In this document: positions 34,081-44,008 of the stretch, piece after piece
How positions within the stretch are numbered: the stretch's first letter is position 1
Layout: each line of letters begins with the position of its first letter
DNA from: an uncultured Thermoleophilia bacterium
Lineage (GTDB): Bacteria > Actinomycetota > Thermoleophilia > UBA2241
Assembly: GCA_963715985.1 (NCBI GenBank)
Contig: CAVQSP010000011.1
Coordinates: forward strand, 224,001-288,000
DNA length: 64,000 nt
Direction: 5' to 3'
Made by a program: the position numbers and the translations under genes
Notes under the pieces: model-generated
Seen by the model: the letters and a program-made list of their open reading frames with translations, nothing else
Databases searched by the model: none
What the model was told of the DNA's origin: nothing

Positions 34081-34192
34081 TGCGCCGGTCATTGTGCAGT
34101 GCCCCGCGGACGCCCGCACGGTGACTCCGCTGCGCCGGTCATTGTGCAGTGCCCCTGCGGCGCACCGCACGGTGACTCCGCTGCGCCGGTCA
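34081..34192. repeat. Tandem ~50 bp repeat (2.2 copies), REP-like
   Basis: TGCGCCGGTCATTGTGCAGTGCCCC...CGCACGGTGACTCCGC at 34081 and 34131, plus partial TGCGCCGGTCA at 34182. Confidence 0.8.
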
Positions 34193-35488
34193 CTCCCCGC
34201 GGCGGTCGAGCACTCGCCCAGACCCGCCGGCGGTGCGCTCGATGGCGCCGGGCTCGACGAGCGTGACCTGTGCGCGCAGGCCGAGCGTGGCCTGCAGCCT
34301 CTCGGCGACCGCCCTCTGGAACGTGACCATGTCGCCCATGACGTCGGAGAAGACGTGCTCGTCGACCTCTATCTGCATCTCCAGGTCGATGTGGCCCTTG
34401 TTGCGGTCCAGCACGATGACGTAGTGGGGCCGTGCGCCTTCGATGCCGGCCAGGAGCTCCTCGATCTGGCTGGGGAAGAAGCTGACGCCGCGGACGATGA
34501 CCATGTCGTCGGTCCGTTCGCGGACTCTGGCCAACCGGGCGAGGGTACGCCCGCACTCGCACCGCGACGTGTCCAGGGAGGTGAGGTCGTGGGTGCGGAA
34601 GCGCAGCAGAGGAAAGGCCTCCTTCGTCAGCGTCGTGATGACGAGCTCGCCGCGCTCGCCGGGCTGGACCGGCTCTCCGCTCTCGGGGTCGACGATCTCC
34701 ACGAGGAGGTGGTCCTCGTTCACGTGCAGACCGCTGACGGCGGCGCACTCCCCGGCGACCCCGGGGCCCATGGCCTCCGCCAGCACGTAGTTGTCAGTGA
34801 CGCGGATGCCGAACGTGCCCTCGATGAGCGCCCGCATGCCGTCTGAGCACGGCTCGCCGCCGAGGATGCCGTGCCGGAGCTTGAGCGAGCCGACGTCCAC
34901 GCCGAGCTTCTCGCCCTCGTCGGCGAGGTCGAGGGCGTAGGAAGGCGTCGAGACGAGCACCGTCGCACCGAAGTCCCTCATCATCGCCAGGTGCCGCTCG
35001 CTCTGCCCCGCACCGGCGGGGACGACTGTGGCGCCGATACGCTCCATGCCGTAGTGCATGCCCCAGCCGCCGGTAGCCATGCCGTAGGGCAGCGCCATCT
35101 GTACGAGGTCCCCGCGCTGAACGCCGGCCGCGGCGGCCACCCGCGCCGTGAGCTCAGTCCACGTGTTGATGTCGCCGCGGGAGTAGCCGACGACCACGGG
35201 CTTGCCCGCGACGCCCGACGACGAGTGCACGCGCAGGATCTCGTCCAGGGGCAGCGCGAACATGCCGAAGGGAAACGCCTCCCTGAGGGTGCTCTCGTCG
35301 GTGAAGGGCAGGCGCCGCACGTCGTCGAGGCTGTGGATGTCGCGCGGGCGCACGCCGTGCCGTTCGAGCTCTGCGCGGTAGTGCGGCACGCGCTCGAAGG
35401 CCCACGAGACGGTCATCTGGAGGCGGCGCAGCTGCAGCACGTGCAGCGCCGCCCGGTCCATGCACTCGTACTCGGGGTTCCAGATCAT
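34190..35488 (-). CDS. Phenylacetate-CoA ligase (PaaK) family protein with degenerate catalytic motifs
   Basis: MIWN..ECM, PFGMFA, GPGVAGEC, GELVITTLTKEAFPLLRFRT.D, RTDDM..RGV.FFPSQIE. Confidence 0.85.
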   Translation of the reverse strand: MIWNPEYECMDRAALHVLQLRRLQMTVSWAFERVPHYRAELERHGVRPRDIHSLDDVRRLPFTDESTLREAFPFGMFALPLDEILRVHSSSGVAGKPVVVGYSRGDINTWTELTARVAAAAGVQRGDLVQMALPYGMATGGWGMHYGMERIGATVVPAGAGQSERHLAMMRDFGATVLVSTPSYALDLADEGEKLGVDVGSLKLRHGILGGEPCSDGMRALIEGTFGIRVTDNYVLAEAMGPGVAGECAAVSGLHVNEDHLLVEIVDPESGEPVQPGERGELVITTLTKEAFPLLRFRTHDLTSLDTSRCECGRTLARLARVRERTDDMVIVRGVSFFPSQIEELLAGIEGARPHYVIVLDRNKGHIDLEMQIEVDEHVFSDVMGDMVTFQRAVAERLQATLGLRAQVTLVEPGAIERTAGGSGRVLDRRGE

Positions 35489-36249
35489 CGCTCACCCCCA
35501 TCCTCGCCGCGCCAGGCGCCGAGGTAGATGGTCTTCACCGTCTCGTCGGCGAGCAGGTCGGCCGACGTCCCCTTCAGCACCACGCGCCCGGTCTGCAGCA
35601 CGTACCCGCGGTCCGCGTGCTTGAGCGCGAGCCGGGCGTCCTGCTCCACGAGCAGGAGGGTCACGCCGCGCGCCCGCAACTGGTCGAGCACCTTGAAGAT
35701 CTCGCCGATGACCTTGGGCGCCAGGCCCAGCGAGGGCTCGTCGAGCAGCAGCAGGCGCGGCCGCGACATGAGGGCCCGCCCGACCGCCAGCATCTGCTGC
35801 TCGCCGCCGGAGAGCGTCGCAGAGGGCTGGCCGGAGCGTTCCGCGAGGACCGGGAAGAGCGCGTGCACCGTCTCCAGCCCCTCAGCGACGGCGGCTCTGC
35901 GCTGGCGGCCGGCGCCGTAGGCGCCGAGCTCCAGGTTCTCGCGCACGGTCATCGGGCCGAACAGCAGGCGGCCCTCGGGCACGAGCGCGAGCCCGTCCCG
36001 GACCAGCCGCTCCGGCCGCGCCGCCACGATCGGAGACCCGCCGTAGGCGACGGACCCCGAGCGCACGGCCACGAGGCCGACGATGGCCTTGAGCAGCGTC
36101 GACTTGCCGGCGCCGTTGGCGCCGATGACGGTGACGAGCTCGCCGGCACCGACCGAGACGTCCACGCCGTGCAGCACTTCCGCGCGTCCGTAGCCGGCGC
36201 GGAGCCCGCCGATCTCGAGGAGCGCCGGGTTGCCGGCCGCTGCGCTCAC
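35485..36249 (-). CDS. livF: HAAT ABC transporter ATP-binding protein (LivF-like)
   Basis: GANGAGKST, VPEGR, LSGGEQQM, LLDEPSLGLAP. Confidence 0.9.
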   Translation of the reverse strand: MSAAAGNPALLEIGGLRAGYGRAEVLHGVDVSVGAGELVTVIGANGAGKSTLLKAIVGLVAVRSGSVAYGGSPIVAARPERLVRDGLALVPEGRLLFGPMTVRENLELGAYGAGRQRRAAVAEGLETVHALFPVLAERSGQPSATLSGGEQQMLAVGRALMSRPRLLLLDEPSLGLAPKVIGEIFKVLDQLRARGVTLLLVEQDARLALKHADRGYVLQTGRVVLKGTSADLLADETVKTIYLGAWRGEDGGER

Positions 36250-37004
36250 GCCTCGTCCTCGGCGTCCCCGCCCAGGTACGCGGCGATGACGACTGGGTCC
36301 ATCTGGATCATCCGCGGAGGTCCCTCCGCGATCTTGCGGCCGCGGTCGAGCACCACGATCTCGTCCGAGACGTCCATCACCAGGCCCATGTCGTGCTCGA
36401 CGATGACCACGGTCACGCCGGCGTCGCGCACCCGGAAGAGGGTGTGCACGAGCTCCCGCGTCTCGCCGGAGTTGAGCCCGGCGGCCGGCTCGTCGAGCAG
36501 CAGCAGGCGCGGCCCCGTGGCGAGGGCCCGCGCGATCTCGACGAGGCGCCGGATGCCGGCCGGCAGGTCCGCCGCGGGCGAGTCGACCCACTCCTCGATG
36601 CCGATGAGGCGCAGCAGCCTGCCCGCCTCGTCACGAGCGTCGCGGTCCTCGGCCACGGCTGCGGGCAGCCGCAGCATGGCCGCCGAGAAGCCCTTGCCCT
36701 GGTGCGCCTGGCGGCCGACCATGACGTTCTCCCCGGCGGTCAGCTCGTCGAAGAGCTGGGTGTTCTGGAAGGTGCGCGCCAGACCGGCGCGCACGGTATC
36801 GCGAGGGCGGCGCCCGACCAGCTCCCGGCCCTCGAAGAGCACGGACCCGTTGTCCGGCCTGTCGAACCCGGTGAGCGCGTTGAACAGCGTCGACTTGCCG
36901 GCGCCGTTGGGCCCGATGAGCGCCTTGATCGTGCCCTGGAACACGTCGAAAGAGACGTCGTCCACTGCGGTGAGGCCACCGAAGGACTTGGTGACGTTGC
37001 GCAC
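36246..37004 (-). CDS. livG: HAAT ABC transporter ATP-binding protein (LivG-like); true start may be ~15 nt upstream
   Basis: FGGLTAV, GPNGAGKST, RTFQN, LDEPAAG, EHDM, AYLG. Confidence 0.9.
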   Translation of the reverse strand: MRNVTKSFGGLTAVDDVSFDVFQGTIKALIGPNGAGKSTLFNALTGFDRPDNGSVLFEGRELVGRRPRDTVRAGLARTFQNTQLFDELTAGENVMVGRQAHQGKGFSAAMLRLPAAVAEDRDARDEAGRLLRLIGIEEWVDSPAADLPAGIRRLVEIARALATGPRLLLLDEPAAGLNSGETRELVHTLFRVRDAGVTVVIVEHDMGLVMDVSDEIVVLDRGRKIAEGPPRMIQMDPVVIAAYLGGDAEDEA

Positions 37005-37015
37005 CTGGAGCAGGC

Positions 37016-37999
37016 TCAGGAGACCTCGCCTCCCCTCTCCCTTCGCCGCCAGAGGCCGCCCAGACCGCGCGGTGCGAAGATCACGACCAGGATGATGGCG
37101 AGGCCGTAGATGTCCTCGCGGTACTCCTGCAGCGCCTGCGCTGTGGACTGGGGGATGCCGGGGATCAGGGCGTCGAAGTACTGCACGAGCGTCAGCAGTA
37201 CCGCGGCCAGAAGCGGCCCGGCGAGCGAGCCGGTGCCGCCCACCACGGCCATGGCGATGAAGGTCACCGACGCCGTCAGCGTGAACACGCTCGGCGAGAC
37301 GAAGCCCACCACGCCGGCGTAGAGCGCCCCGGCCAGGCCGGCGAGCACGGCGCTGATCACGAACGTCCTCACCTTGACGCCCACCACGTCGACGCCCGAC
37401 GCCTGCGCGCCGAGCTCACTGCCGTGCAGCGCCCGCATGGCACGGCCCGGGCGCAGTGACGTCACGTTGTAGGCGATGAGGAGGGCCACGCCGACGATGC
37501 CCCACACGAGCCAGTAGAGGGCGGAGGCGTTGCGGATCTCGAAGGGCCCAAGTGACGGATAGGGGATCCCGCCGAAGCCGTCCACACCGCCCGTGACCGG
37601 CTCCGCCTCCGCGAAGACGAGCGCCATCAGCTCCCCGAAGCCGAGCGTGGCGACCGCGAGGTAGTAGCCCTTGAGCCGAAGGCTCGGCAGCGCCAGCAGA
37701 AGCCCGCCGAGCGCGGCCACGGCGCCGGCCGCCACGAAGCCCAGCGCCCACGGCCAGTGCAGCCGCACGGTGCAGAAGGCGCACGCGTAGGCGCCGAGCC
37801 CCACGAAGGCGGCGTGGCCGAGCGAGACCTGGCCGGCGTACCCGAACAGGAGCGCCAGCCCCACCACCACCAGAGCGTTGACGCCGGCGAAGGTGAAGAT
37901 CTTGAGCAGAAAGCGGTCGGTGACGACCAGCGGCAGCACCGCCACGACGACGGCGATGACGAGCGGTGCGAGCGCCCTCAGAGTGCGCGCGCCCGTCAC
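37016..37999 (-). CDS. livM: HAAT ABC transporter permease (LivM-like)
   Basis: GYAGQVSLGHAAF, LRLKGYYLAVATLGF, GG.GSL.GP. Confidence 0.9.
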   Translation of the reverse strand: MTGARTLRALAPLVIAVVVAVLPLVVTDRFLLKIFTFAGVNALVVVGLALLFGYAGQVSLGHAAFVGLGAYACAFCTVRLHWPWALGFVAAGAVAALGGLLLALPSLRLKGYYLAVATLGFGELMALVFAEAEPVTGGVDGFGGIPYPSLGPFEIRNASALYWLVWGIVGVALLIAYNVTSLRPGRAMRALHGSELGAQASGVDVVGVKVRTFVISAVLAGLAGALYAGVVGFVSPSVFTLTASVTFIAMAVVGGTGSLAGPLLAAVLLTLVQYFDALIPGIPQSTAQALQEYREDIYGLAIILVVIFAPRGLGGLWRRRERGGEVS

Positions 38000-38868
38000 A
38001 GCTTCTCCCGGGCGGAGCCGCCGAGGATGCCCTGCGGGCGCAGGAACAGCACCAGGAGCAGGACGATGAAGGCGACGGCGTCCTGGTAGACGGGGTCGAT
38101 GTAGCCCGCCACCAGCGCCTCCAGCAGGCCGAGCAGCAGGCCGCCGCAGACGGCGCCGACGGGGTCGCCGAGGCCGCCGAGCACCGCCGCCGCGAAGCCC
38201 TTGACGCCCATGCCGGCGCCCACAGTGAACGCCGTCTGCGTGAGCGGCGTGACGAGGAGCCCGGCCATGGCGCCCAGCCCCGCCGCGAGCGCGAACGAGG
38301 CCGTCACCATGAGGGCCGTGTTGACGCCCACGAGGCGCGCCGCGTCGCGACGGATGGCGGTGGCGCGCATCGCCCTGCCGAAGGCCGTCTTGCGGTAGAG
38401 CACGGCGAGGACGGCCACGCTCAGTGCCGTGAAGACCCAGATCCACACCGTCTGCCGCTCGATGGCCGCGCCGAGCACCTTGAGCGAGGCCCCGTGCGTG
38501 AAGGGCTCGAGGGCGCGCTCCTGCGGACCGAACACGTGCAGCGCGAGTTGTCGCAGCAGCACCGCGCCGCCGATGGTCACGATGATGATGCGCAGCGGGT
38601 CCCCGCCTTTGATGGGCCGCACGGCGAGCAGCTCGAAGACGGCGCCGACGGCGGCGGTGGCGGCGACCGCCGCCACCGCCGCCAGAGGCAACGGGAGACC
38701 AAGCGTGGCGAACGCCACCCCTATCATGCCCCCGAGCATGAAGAACTCGCCCTGCGCGAAGTTGATGGCGCCGGTCGCCGCGAAGACGATGGTGAACCCG
38801 AGCGCTATCAGCGCGTAGATGGAGCCGTTCTTGAGACCCGCGACGAGGAACTGGAGCAGCTCGTCCAT
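37996..38868 (-). CDS. livH: HAAT ABC transporter permease (LivH-like)
   Basis: GSIYALIALG, INFAQGE, KGFAAAVLGG. Confidence 0.9.
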   Translation of the reverse strand: MDELLQFLVAGLKNGSIYALIALGFTIVFAATGAINFAQGEFFMLGGMIGVAFATLGLPLPLAAVAAVAATAAVGAVFELLAVRPIKGGDPLRIIIVTIGGAVLLRQLALHVFGPQERALEPFTHGASLKVLGAAIERQTVWIWVFTALSVAVLAVLYRKTAFGRAMRATAIRRDAARLVGVNTALMVTASFALAAGLGAMAGLLVTPLTQTAFTVGAGMGVKGFAAAVLGGLGDPVGAVCGGLLLGLLEALVAGYIDPVYQDAVAFIVLLLVLFLRPQGILGGSAREKL

Positions 38869-38895
38869 GACCGGTCGCTGGTCAGGAGCTCCAGA

Positions 38896-40095
38896 TCACT
38901 GAGCCTGCTTCCAGTCTCCGTTCACGATCTCGTACATGGTCAGGTCGTCCGAGGTGAGGCCGTTGTGGTCCTCCGCGGAGAAGGTGAAGGTGCCGCCGGT
39001 GCCCACGAACCCGGAGGTCTTCTCGATCTCGTCGCGGAGCGCCGCGGGGGTCAGGTCCCCCTGGACACGCTTGGCGGCATCGACGGTGAGGTGCAAGGCG
39101 TCGTAGGCATATCCAGCGAACGTGCTGGGGGCCTCGCCGTACGCCTGCTGGTAGCGATCGATGAAGTCGGTGGCCACCGTGTAGGCTTCCGTGTCCTCGC
39201 CGTAGGCCTCGGGGAGCAGGATCTTGCCGGCCGCCAGCTTGATGCCCTCGGCGGCGTCGCCGGCGCCCTCGATGAACTCCCTGCGGGCGATGCCGTGGCT
39301 GGCGTAGATGGGCAGCTCGATGCCCAGGTCCTTGGCGTTCTTGGCGATGGTCGCGGCCTCAGCACCGGCGGTCCACATCACGATGGCCTGGGCATCGGAG
39401 TTCTTGATCTTCGTGAGCTGGGCGGTCATGTCCGTGTCGCCGGGGTTGAACGTCTCGTCGTCGACGATGGTCACACCGTACTCGGGCGCGTCGGCGGTGA
39501 TGACCGCCTGTCCGTCCTTGCCGAACCCGCCGCTGTCGCTGATCAGGCCGATCTTGGTGATGCCCTGGCTCTTCAGGTAGTCGAGGATGAAGGGCACGAC
39601 GATGGTGTTCGACCATGGCGTCGCGAAGACGAGCGGATCCACGGGGTCGGTGATCGCGGTGGCCCCCGCCATGGAGACCTGCGGGATGGCGGCACGCTGG
39701 ACGTCGCCGCGGACGGCCATCGTCTGCCCCGACCCGGTGGCGCCCAGGATGGCCACCACGCCGTCCTGTTCGATGAGCTTGGCGGCCGCGGCCACCGCCT
39801 TGGCCTCGTCCGTCGCGTCGTCCTCCACGATGACTTCGATCGGCCGGCCGTTCACACCGCCGGCCTCGTTGATCTTCGCGACCTCGAGGTCGATCACGTT
39901 CTTCTCGCCCTCGCCGAGCCCGGCGTAGGTGCCGGTCAGCGAGAGGATGGCGCCGATCTTGATCGGCTCCTGGGAGCTCCCCGAGCCGCTGCTTCCGCTG
40001 TCGCTCCCGCCGCACCCGGCGATCATGATCGCCATCGACGCTGCCAGCGCGGCGATGAGGAACGCCGCCGAGAGCCTCAACCTACGTCCACGCAT
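38896..40095 (-). CDS. HAAT ABC transporter substrate-binding lipoprotein (LivK-like)
   Basis: IAGC lipobox, PIKIG...LTG, INEAGGVNGRPI, YAYDA. Confidence 0.88.
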   Translation of the reverse strand: MRGRRLRLSAAFLIAALAASMAIMIAGCGGSDSGSSGSGSSQEPIKIGAILSLTGTYAGLGEGEKNVIDLEVAKINEAGGVNGRPIEVIVEDDATDEAKAVAAAAKLIEQDGVVAILGATGSGQTMAVRGDVQRAAIPQVSMAGATAITDPVDPLVFATPWSNTIVVPFILDYLKSQGITKIGLISDSGGFGKDGQAVITADAPEYGVTIVDDETFNPGDTDMTAQLTKIKNSDAQAIVMWTAGAEAATIAKNAKDLGIELPIYASHGIARREFIEGAGDAAEGIKLAAGKILLPEAYGEDTEAYTVATDFIDRYQQAYGEAPSTFAGYAYDALHLTVDAAKRVQGDLTPAALRDEIEKTSGFVGTGGTFTFSAEDHNGLTSDDLTMYEIVNGDWKQAQ

Positions 40096-40526
40096 GTCAT
40101 CCCCCGTTACGGTATGAGCGCCCGCCGGCGGGCATGCCGACGGCCTTGTCACCCGCGTACCTGCGGGCAGTCTGAGCCGGCCAAGGCCCGGTGATGACCG
40201 GCGGCTCGCCGTCACACGACGTGACGGAGCCGTACCGCGGCACCTGCGGCAACGCAGAGTACCAGCATGTCCCGCCGCGCCCGAACGACCCGCCGCGGGC
40301 GAGCGCCCACCGGTGGGACGCCACGCTCCGAGTCCGGCGGCGGCGGGACGAGCCCCTCGCGACCGCCATGGAACGTCGACCTGCTCATCCCCGGGCCGCT
40401 GCCCGAGGTGCTGCGCATGATAGACGCTGGGGGTGCCCCTTCGTCAAGGGGCGGACGGGCGGAGGAGCTTCTGCGGGCACCGGCCGGCACGGGGTGCGCG
40501 AGCACCTCCCGGGCCGGCTGGTGGGC

Positions 40527-41800
40527 TCAGCCGAAGATCGCGCGCAGGTAGTACACCCAGAACGCCGGCACCTCGCGCAGCGCCAGGGCCGGCGTCTGCG
40601 CGATGGGCGTGGACGCGCCCGCCGGCACGGTGAGCACGTCCCACCCGGCACGCTGGTACGCGAGCTTGATGCGCGGCAGGTGGTAGAACTGGCTGACGGC
40701 AAGGATGCGCTGCCAGCCCTTGCCGCCGAAGAAGGGTACGGTGTCGGCCACCGTGGCGGCGGTGTTGACGCCGTTGGAGTCCACCACGATCTCGTCGGCC
40801 GGCACCCCGGCCTTCTTCGCCATGTCGCGCATCACCAGCGCCTCGTTGTAGCCGCTCTCTCCCACACCGCCGGAGACGATGATGTGCTTCACCAGCCCCG
40901 ACTTGTAGAGTTCCTCCGCCGTGGCCATACGATCGCGCAGCGACGTGGACGGGCGCCCGTCCTCATGCACCTGGGCGCCGAACACCACGGCCACGTCGGC
41001 CGGCCGCCGGTAGTCCGTCATGCCGAAGAAGAAGACCTGGGCGAGCGGGAAGAGGAAGACGCACGCCGCAGCCGACGCCACGACGAGGACCACGGCAGGC
41101 CAACGGCTCGGCGGTGGGTCGCGCAGCGCCGCCCAGATGAGGAAGCCCAGCAAGACCGTCACCACCAGTGACAGCGGCAGGGGCACCCCCGGGGCGATGT
41201 CGCCGGCCGACCAGACGCGGTAGAAGTCGAAGGCGTTGTATGCCGTCACCGCGGCGAAGAAGGCGAAGAAGGCGACAGTGAGCCAGCGACGCCAGGCGCG
41301 CATGCGCGGCGCCACCCCGTAGGCGACGAACGCCACTCCGGCGGCGGCCAGAAGCGCGGCCGAGGCCAGACGCGGGACGTACGGCACCGCGACCCACCAG
41401 ATGTTGGCGTCGAAGCCCGTGTCACGCAGGACGCCTACGGTGCTGACCAGTGTGAAGCCGCCGAGGAACAGGGCGATGCCCCGCGCCAGCGCCGCGACCA
41501 GCCAGTTGCGGCGGCGCGGGCCTTGCTCCGCCGGCGGGCTGGGCTGCACCTGCGTCCAGCCGGCTCCCAACGGCCGTGCCGCCGCATCCGCGGGGACCGC
41601 CGCGTCGGGGGCCGCGACAGGAAGCGCCGCAGGAGGTGACTGCGGCGGCGAGGCGGCGGCGAAGCTGCCTGCGGCGTCTGCGCGGGAGCATTCAGCGGCG
41701 GCGTGTACGGCACAGGCTTGTGCTGCCCCGGCCCCCCGGGCGTCCCGGGCGCGCCTCCCGGCGGGACGCTGCGGTCTGCGTCGGTGGGACCCTGGCTCAT
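40527..41800 (-). CDS. SanA/YdcF (DUF218) membrane protein with Pro-rich N-terminus (frameshift near 41655)
   Basis: VVFGA, LRDR, VSGG, EA..M, NT, SQFYHLPR, REV. Confidence 0.8.
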
Positions 41801-41979
41801 GCGGGAGACTGTATCACGGGCCCGATGTGCACTGATCTGAGCGCCTTGCGGGCCAGTCCGCGCAGGCGCCGATCCAGTCGTCCGGGCCCGCGGCGACTGC
41901 GCCGCGGCAAAGCCCGGACGCGCGGGTGGCGGACGCCCCTCCGTCGTATCATTCCCGACGCATGCCGGACGGAGGGGCG

Positions 41980-42819
41980 ATGACAGAAGCGGGCGTCGCG
42001 ATCCCAGCAGACCAGGGCCGCCGCATCAGCGTACGGGCGGTGGTGGCCGCGGCGCTGGGCACGTACCGCCGCCGCTTCTGGCGCGTGGCGCTCGCCGCCG
42101 CCGTGATCGTGCTGCCCCTCGACTTCATCGTCAGTCTCCTCGAGGAACTGGCGAGGCTGCCGCAAGGCGGCTCCGCCTTCGCCTGGGGGACGCATGTCGG
42201 GGCGGCGGCGGCCAACACGGCGGTGGTGACGCTCGGCACCACGTTCTTCGCCGGCTTTCTCGATCGCGTGGTGGCCGCGGACCAGCACGGCGGCGAGGAC
42301 GTGCCTCTGGTCCAGGTGCTGCGCGAGCTCCCCTTCGGGCGCCTGATCATCGCCGACCTGGCGGCAGTGGCGATCATCATCGCCGGGATGCTGGCCCTGC
42401 TGATCCCCGGCTTGATCGCCGCCGTGCTGCTCGGCATCGTCGGCCCGCTCATCGTGATCGAGGACCTGCGTGTGCGGCCCGCCCTGCGCCGCTCCGCCCA
42501 GCTGGTGCGGCCGCACTTCTTCATGGCTTTCCTGCTCGTGCTGGTGCCGACGCTGCTCGAGGAGTCGCTGCTCGGCTGGATGGAGGGCGTGGGCGCGCAC
42601 GCGCACCTGTACCTGCGCCTGCCGGCCGATCTCGCACTCACCGTGGTGGTGGCCTCATTCGTCGGGATGCTGGAGATCACGCTGGCGCACGGGCTCATCG
42701 CCGACCAGAAGTACCGGCGCGCGCAGAAAGCGGCGCGCGCAGAAAGGGCCGCGTCCGCAGGCGACGGCCAAGGAGAAGGAGTCCCGGCGGCGCCGGGAGG
42801 GGGCGGCGCCGCCGGGTGA
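41980..42819 (+). CDS. Hypothetical integral membrane protein
   Basis: About six TM segments; AL.RS..LV motif; GGAGG RBS. Confidence 0.65.
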   Translation: MTEAGVAIPADQGRRISVRAVVAAALGTYRRRFWRVALAAAVIVLPLDFIVSLLEELARLPQGGSAFAWGTHVGAAAANTAVVTLGTTFFAGFLDRVVAADQHGGEDVPLVQVLRELPFGRLIIADLAAVAIIIAGMLALLIPGLIAAVLLGIVGPLIVIEDLRVRPALRRSAQLVRPHFFMAFLLVLVPTLLEESLLGWMEGVGAHAHLYLRLPADLALTVVVASFVGMLEITLAHGLIADQKYRRAQKAARAERAASAGDGQGEGVPAAPGGGGAAG

Positions 42820-42868
42820 GGCGCCGGCCGGCGGGCGCAAGCGCGCCCGCGTCCGCGGCGCCGTCAGC

Positions 42869-43807
42869 TCAGGACCACGACATCGTCTGCAGGTAGCGCT
42901 CCGCAGCCGCGGCGGCGGTGGAGCCCTCGGCCACGGCCGTCGCGATCATCCTCACCTTGCCGGGGTAGGCGGCATAGTCGCCCACCGCGAACAGGCCCGG
43001 CGTCGACGTTCTCATCGCCGAGTCCACGTCCAGATGGGACCCGTCGAGGCCGAGGTCCCACTTCCTCACGCCGAGAAGATCGGGCACCTGGCCGATGCTG
43101 ATCAGCACGAGGTCGGCGGGGAGCTCGATGGACGAGCCGTCCGGCCTGTCTATCACCACCCGCTCCACCCTGTCGTCGCCACGCAGGCCGACGACCTCAC
43201 CGTTGCTGACGAGGTCGATACCGGCCTCAGCGAACCGGTCCTGCGTGTGCGCGAAGGCGCGGAACTGATCGCGCCGCCGCACCACGGTCACGTGGGCGAC
43301 TTCGCGCAGCGATAGCGCCGTGTCCAGCGCCGAGTCGCCGCCGCCAACCACCACGGCGCGCTTGGCGCGCACCTCGTCCAGCGGCGGCAACCGATAGGCC
43401 AGGCCGCGGCCGAGGTACTTGTCCTCGTCGGGAATGCCGAGGCGACGCGGCATGAAGCGGCCGAGGCCGAGGGCGAGCACGAGCGTTCGTGCCTCGTCCT
43501 CGCGGAAGTCGGTGCGCAGCACGAAGCCGCCCTCGCGCGGACCGGCGTACTCCACCGGCCGCCACTCGCGCAGCTCGGCGCCGAAGCGCTCCGCCTGGTC
43601 CGCGAGACGCATGGCCAGCTCGCGTGACGGCAGCGGCTCCTGCGCGGGGAAATTACTCACAGGCTTGGTGGGGTACATGTTGACCAGCTGCCCGCCGAAG
43701 GCCTCAGCCTCGAGCACGATCGTGCTGAGGCCGCGCAGGCCGGCGTACATGGCCGCCGAGAGCCCTGCGGGCCCTCCGCCGATCACTGCCACGTCGTAGG
43801 TGCTCAT
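42869..43807 (-). CDS. Thioredoxin-reductase-like ferredoxin/flavodoxin-NADP+ reductase (YumC type)
   Basis: GGGPAG, GGQL...YP.K, GGGDSALD, RRR..FRA, FAVGD...YPGK; no CxxC. Confidence 0.82.
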   Translation of the reverse strand: MSTYDVAVIGGGPAGLSAAMYAGLRGLSTIVLEAEAFGGQLVNMYPTKPVSNFPAQEPLPSRELAMRLADQAERFGAELREWRPVEYAGPREGGFVLRTDFREDEARTLVLALGLGRFMPRRLGIPDEDKYLGRGLAYRLPPLDEVRAKRAVVVGGGDSALDTALSLREVAHVTVVRRRDQFRAFAHTQDRFAEAGIDLVSNGEVVGLRGDDRVERVVIDRPDGSSIELPADLVLISIGQVPDLLGVRKWDLGLDGSHLDVDSAMRTSTPGLFAVGDYAAYPGKVRMIATAVAEGSTAAAAAERYLQTMSWS

Positions 43808-44008
43808 CTCGTCTCTCCTCGCGCCGGGGAACACGCTCCGAGCGCCTCTTCTTCGCAAAGTGATTATGCACACACTCGAAACCTCCCACGCCCGGCGCCG
43901 GGTCGAGATGTCTACAGCTACGATGGGCCTCGTCCGATAGGTGGTATCAAGGCGTCCGCGACGCACGCGTCGCCACGGCACCCAGGGGACCACATCGCAG
44001 GAGGGAAG

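Noticed and set aside
34081-34192. Mini CRISPR array
   Set aside because: Only two units, the variable parts are short and similar, and there are no cas genes
40212-40268. Leu/Val-rich leader peptide MLVLCVAAGAAVRLRHVV as an attenuator of the liv operon
   Set aside because: No RBS, the ATG overlaps a likely -10 element, and there is no terminator with a U-tract
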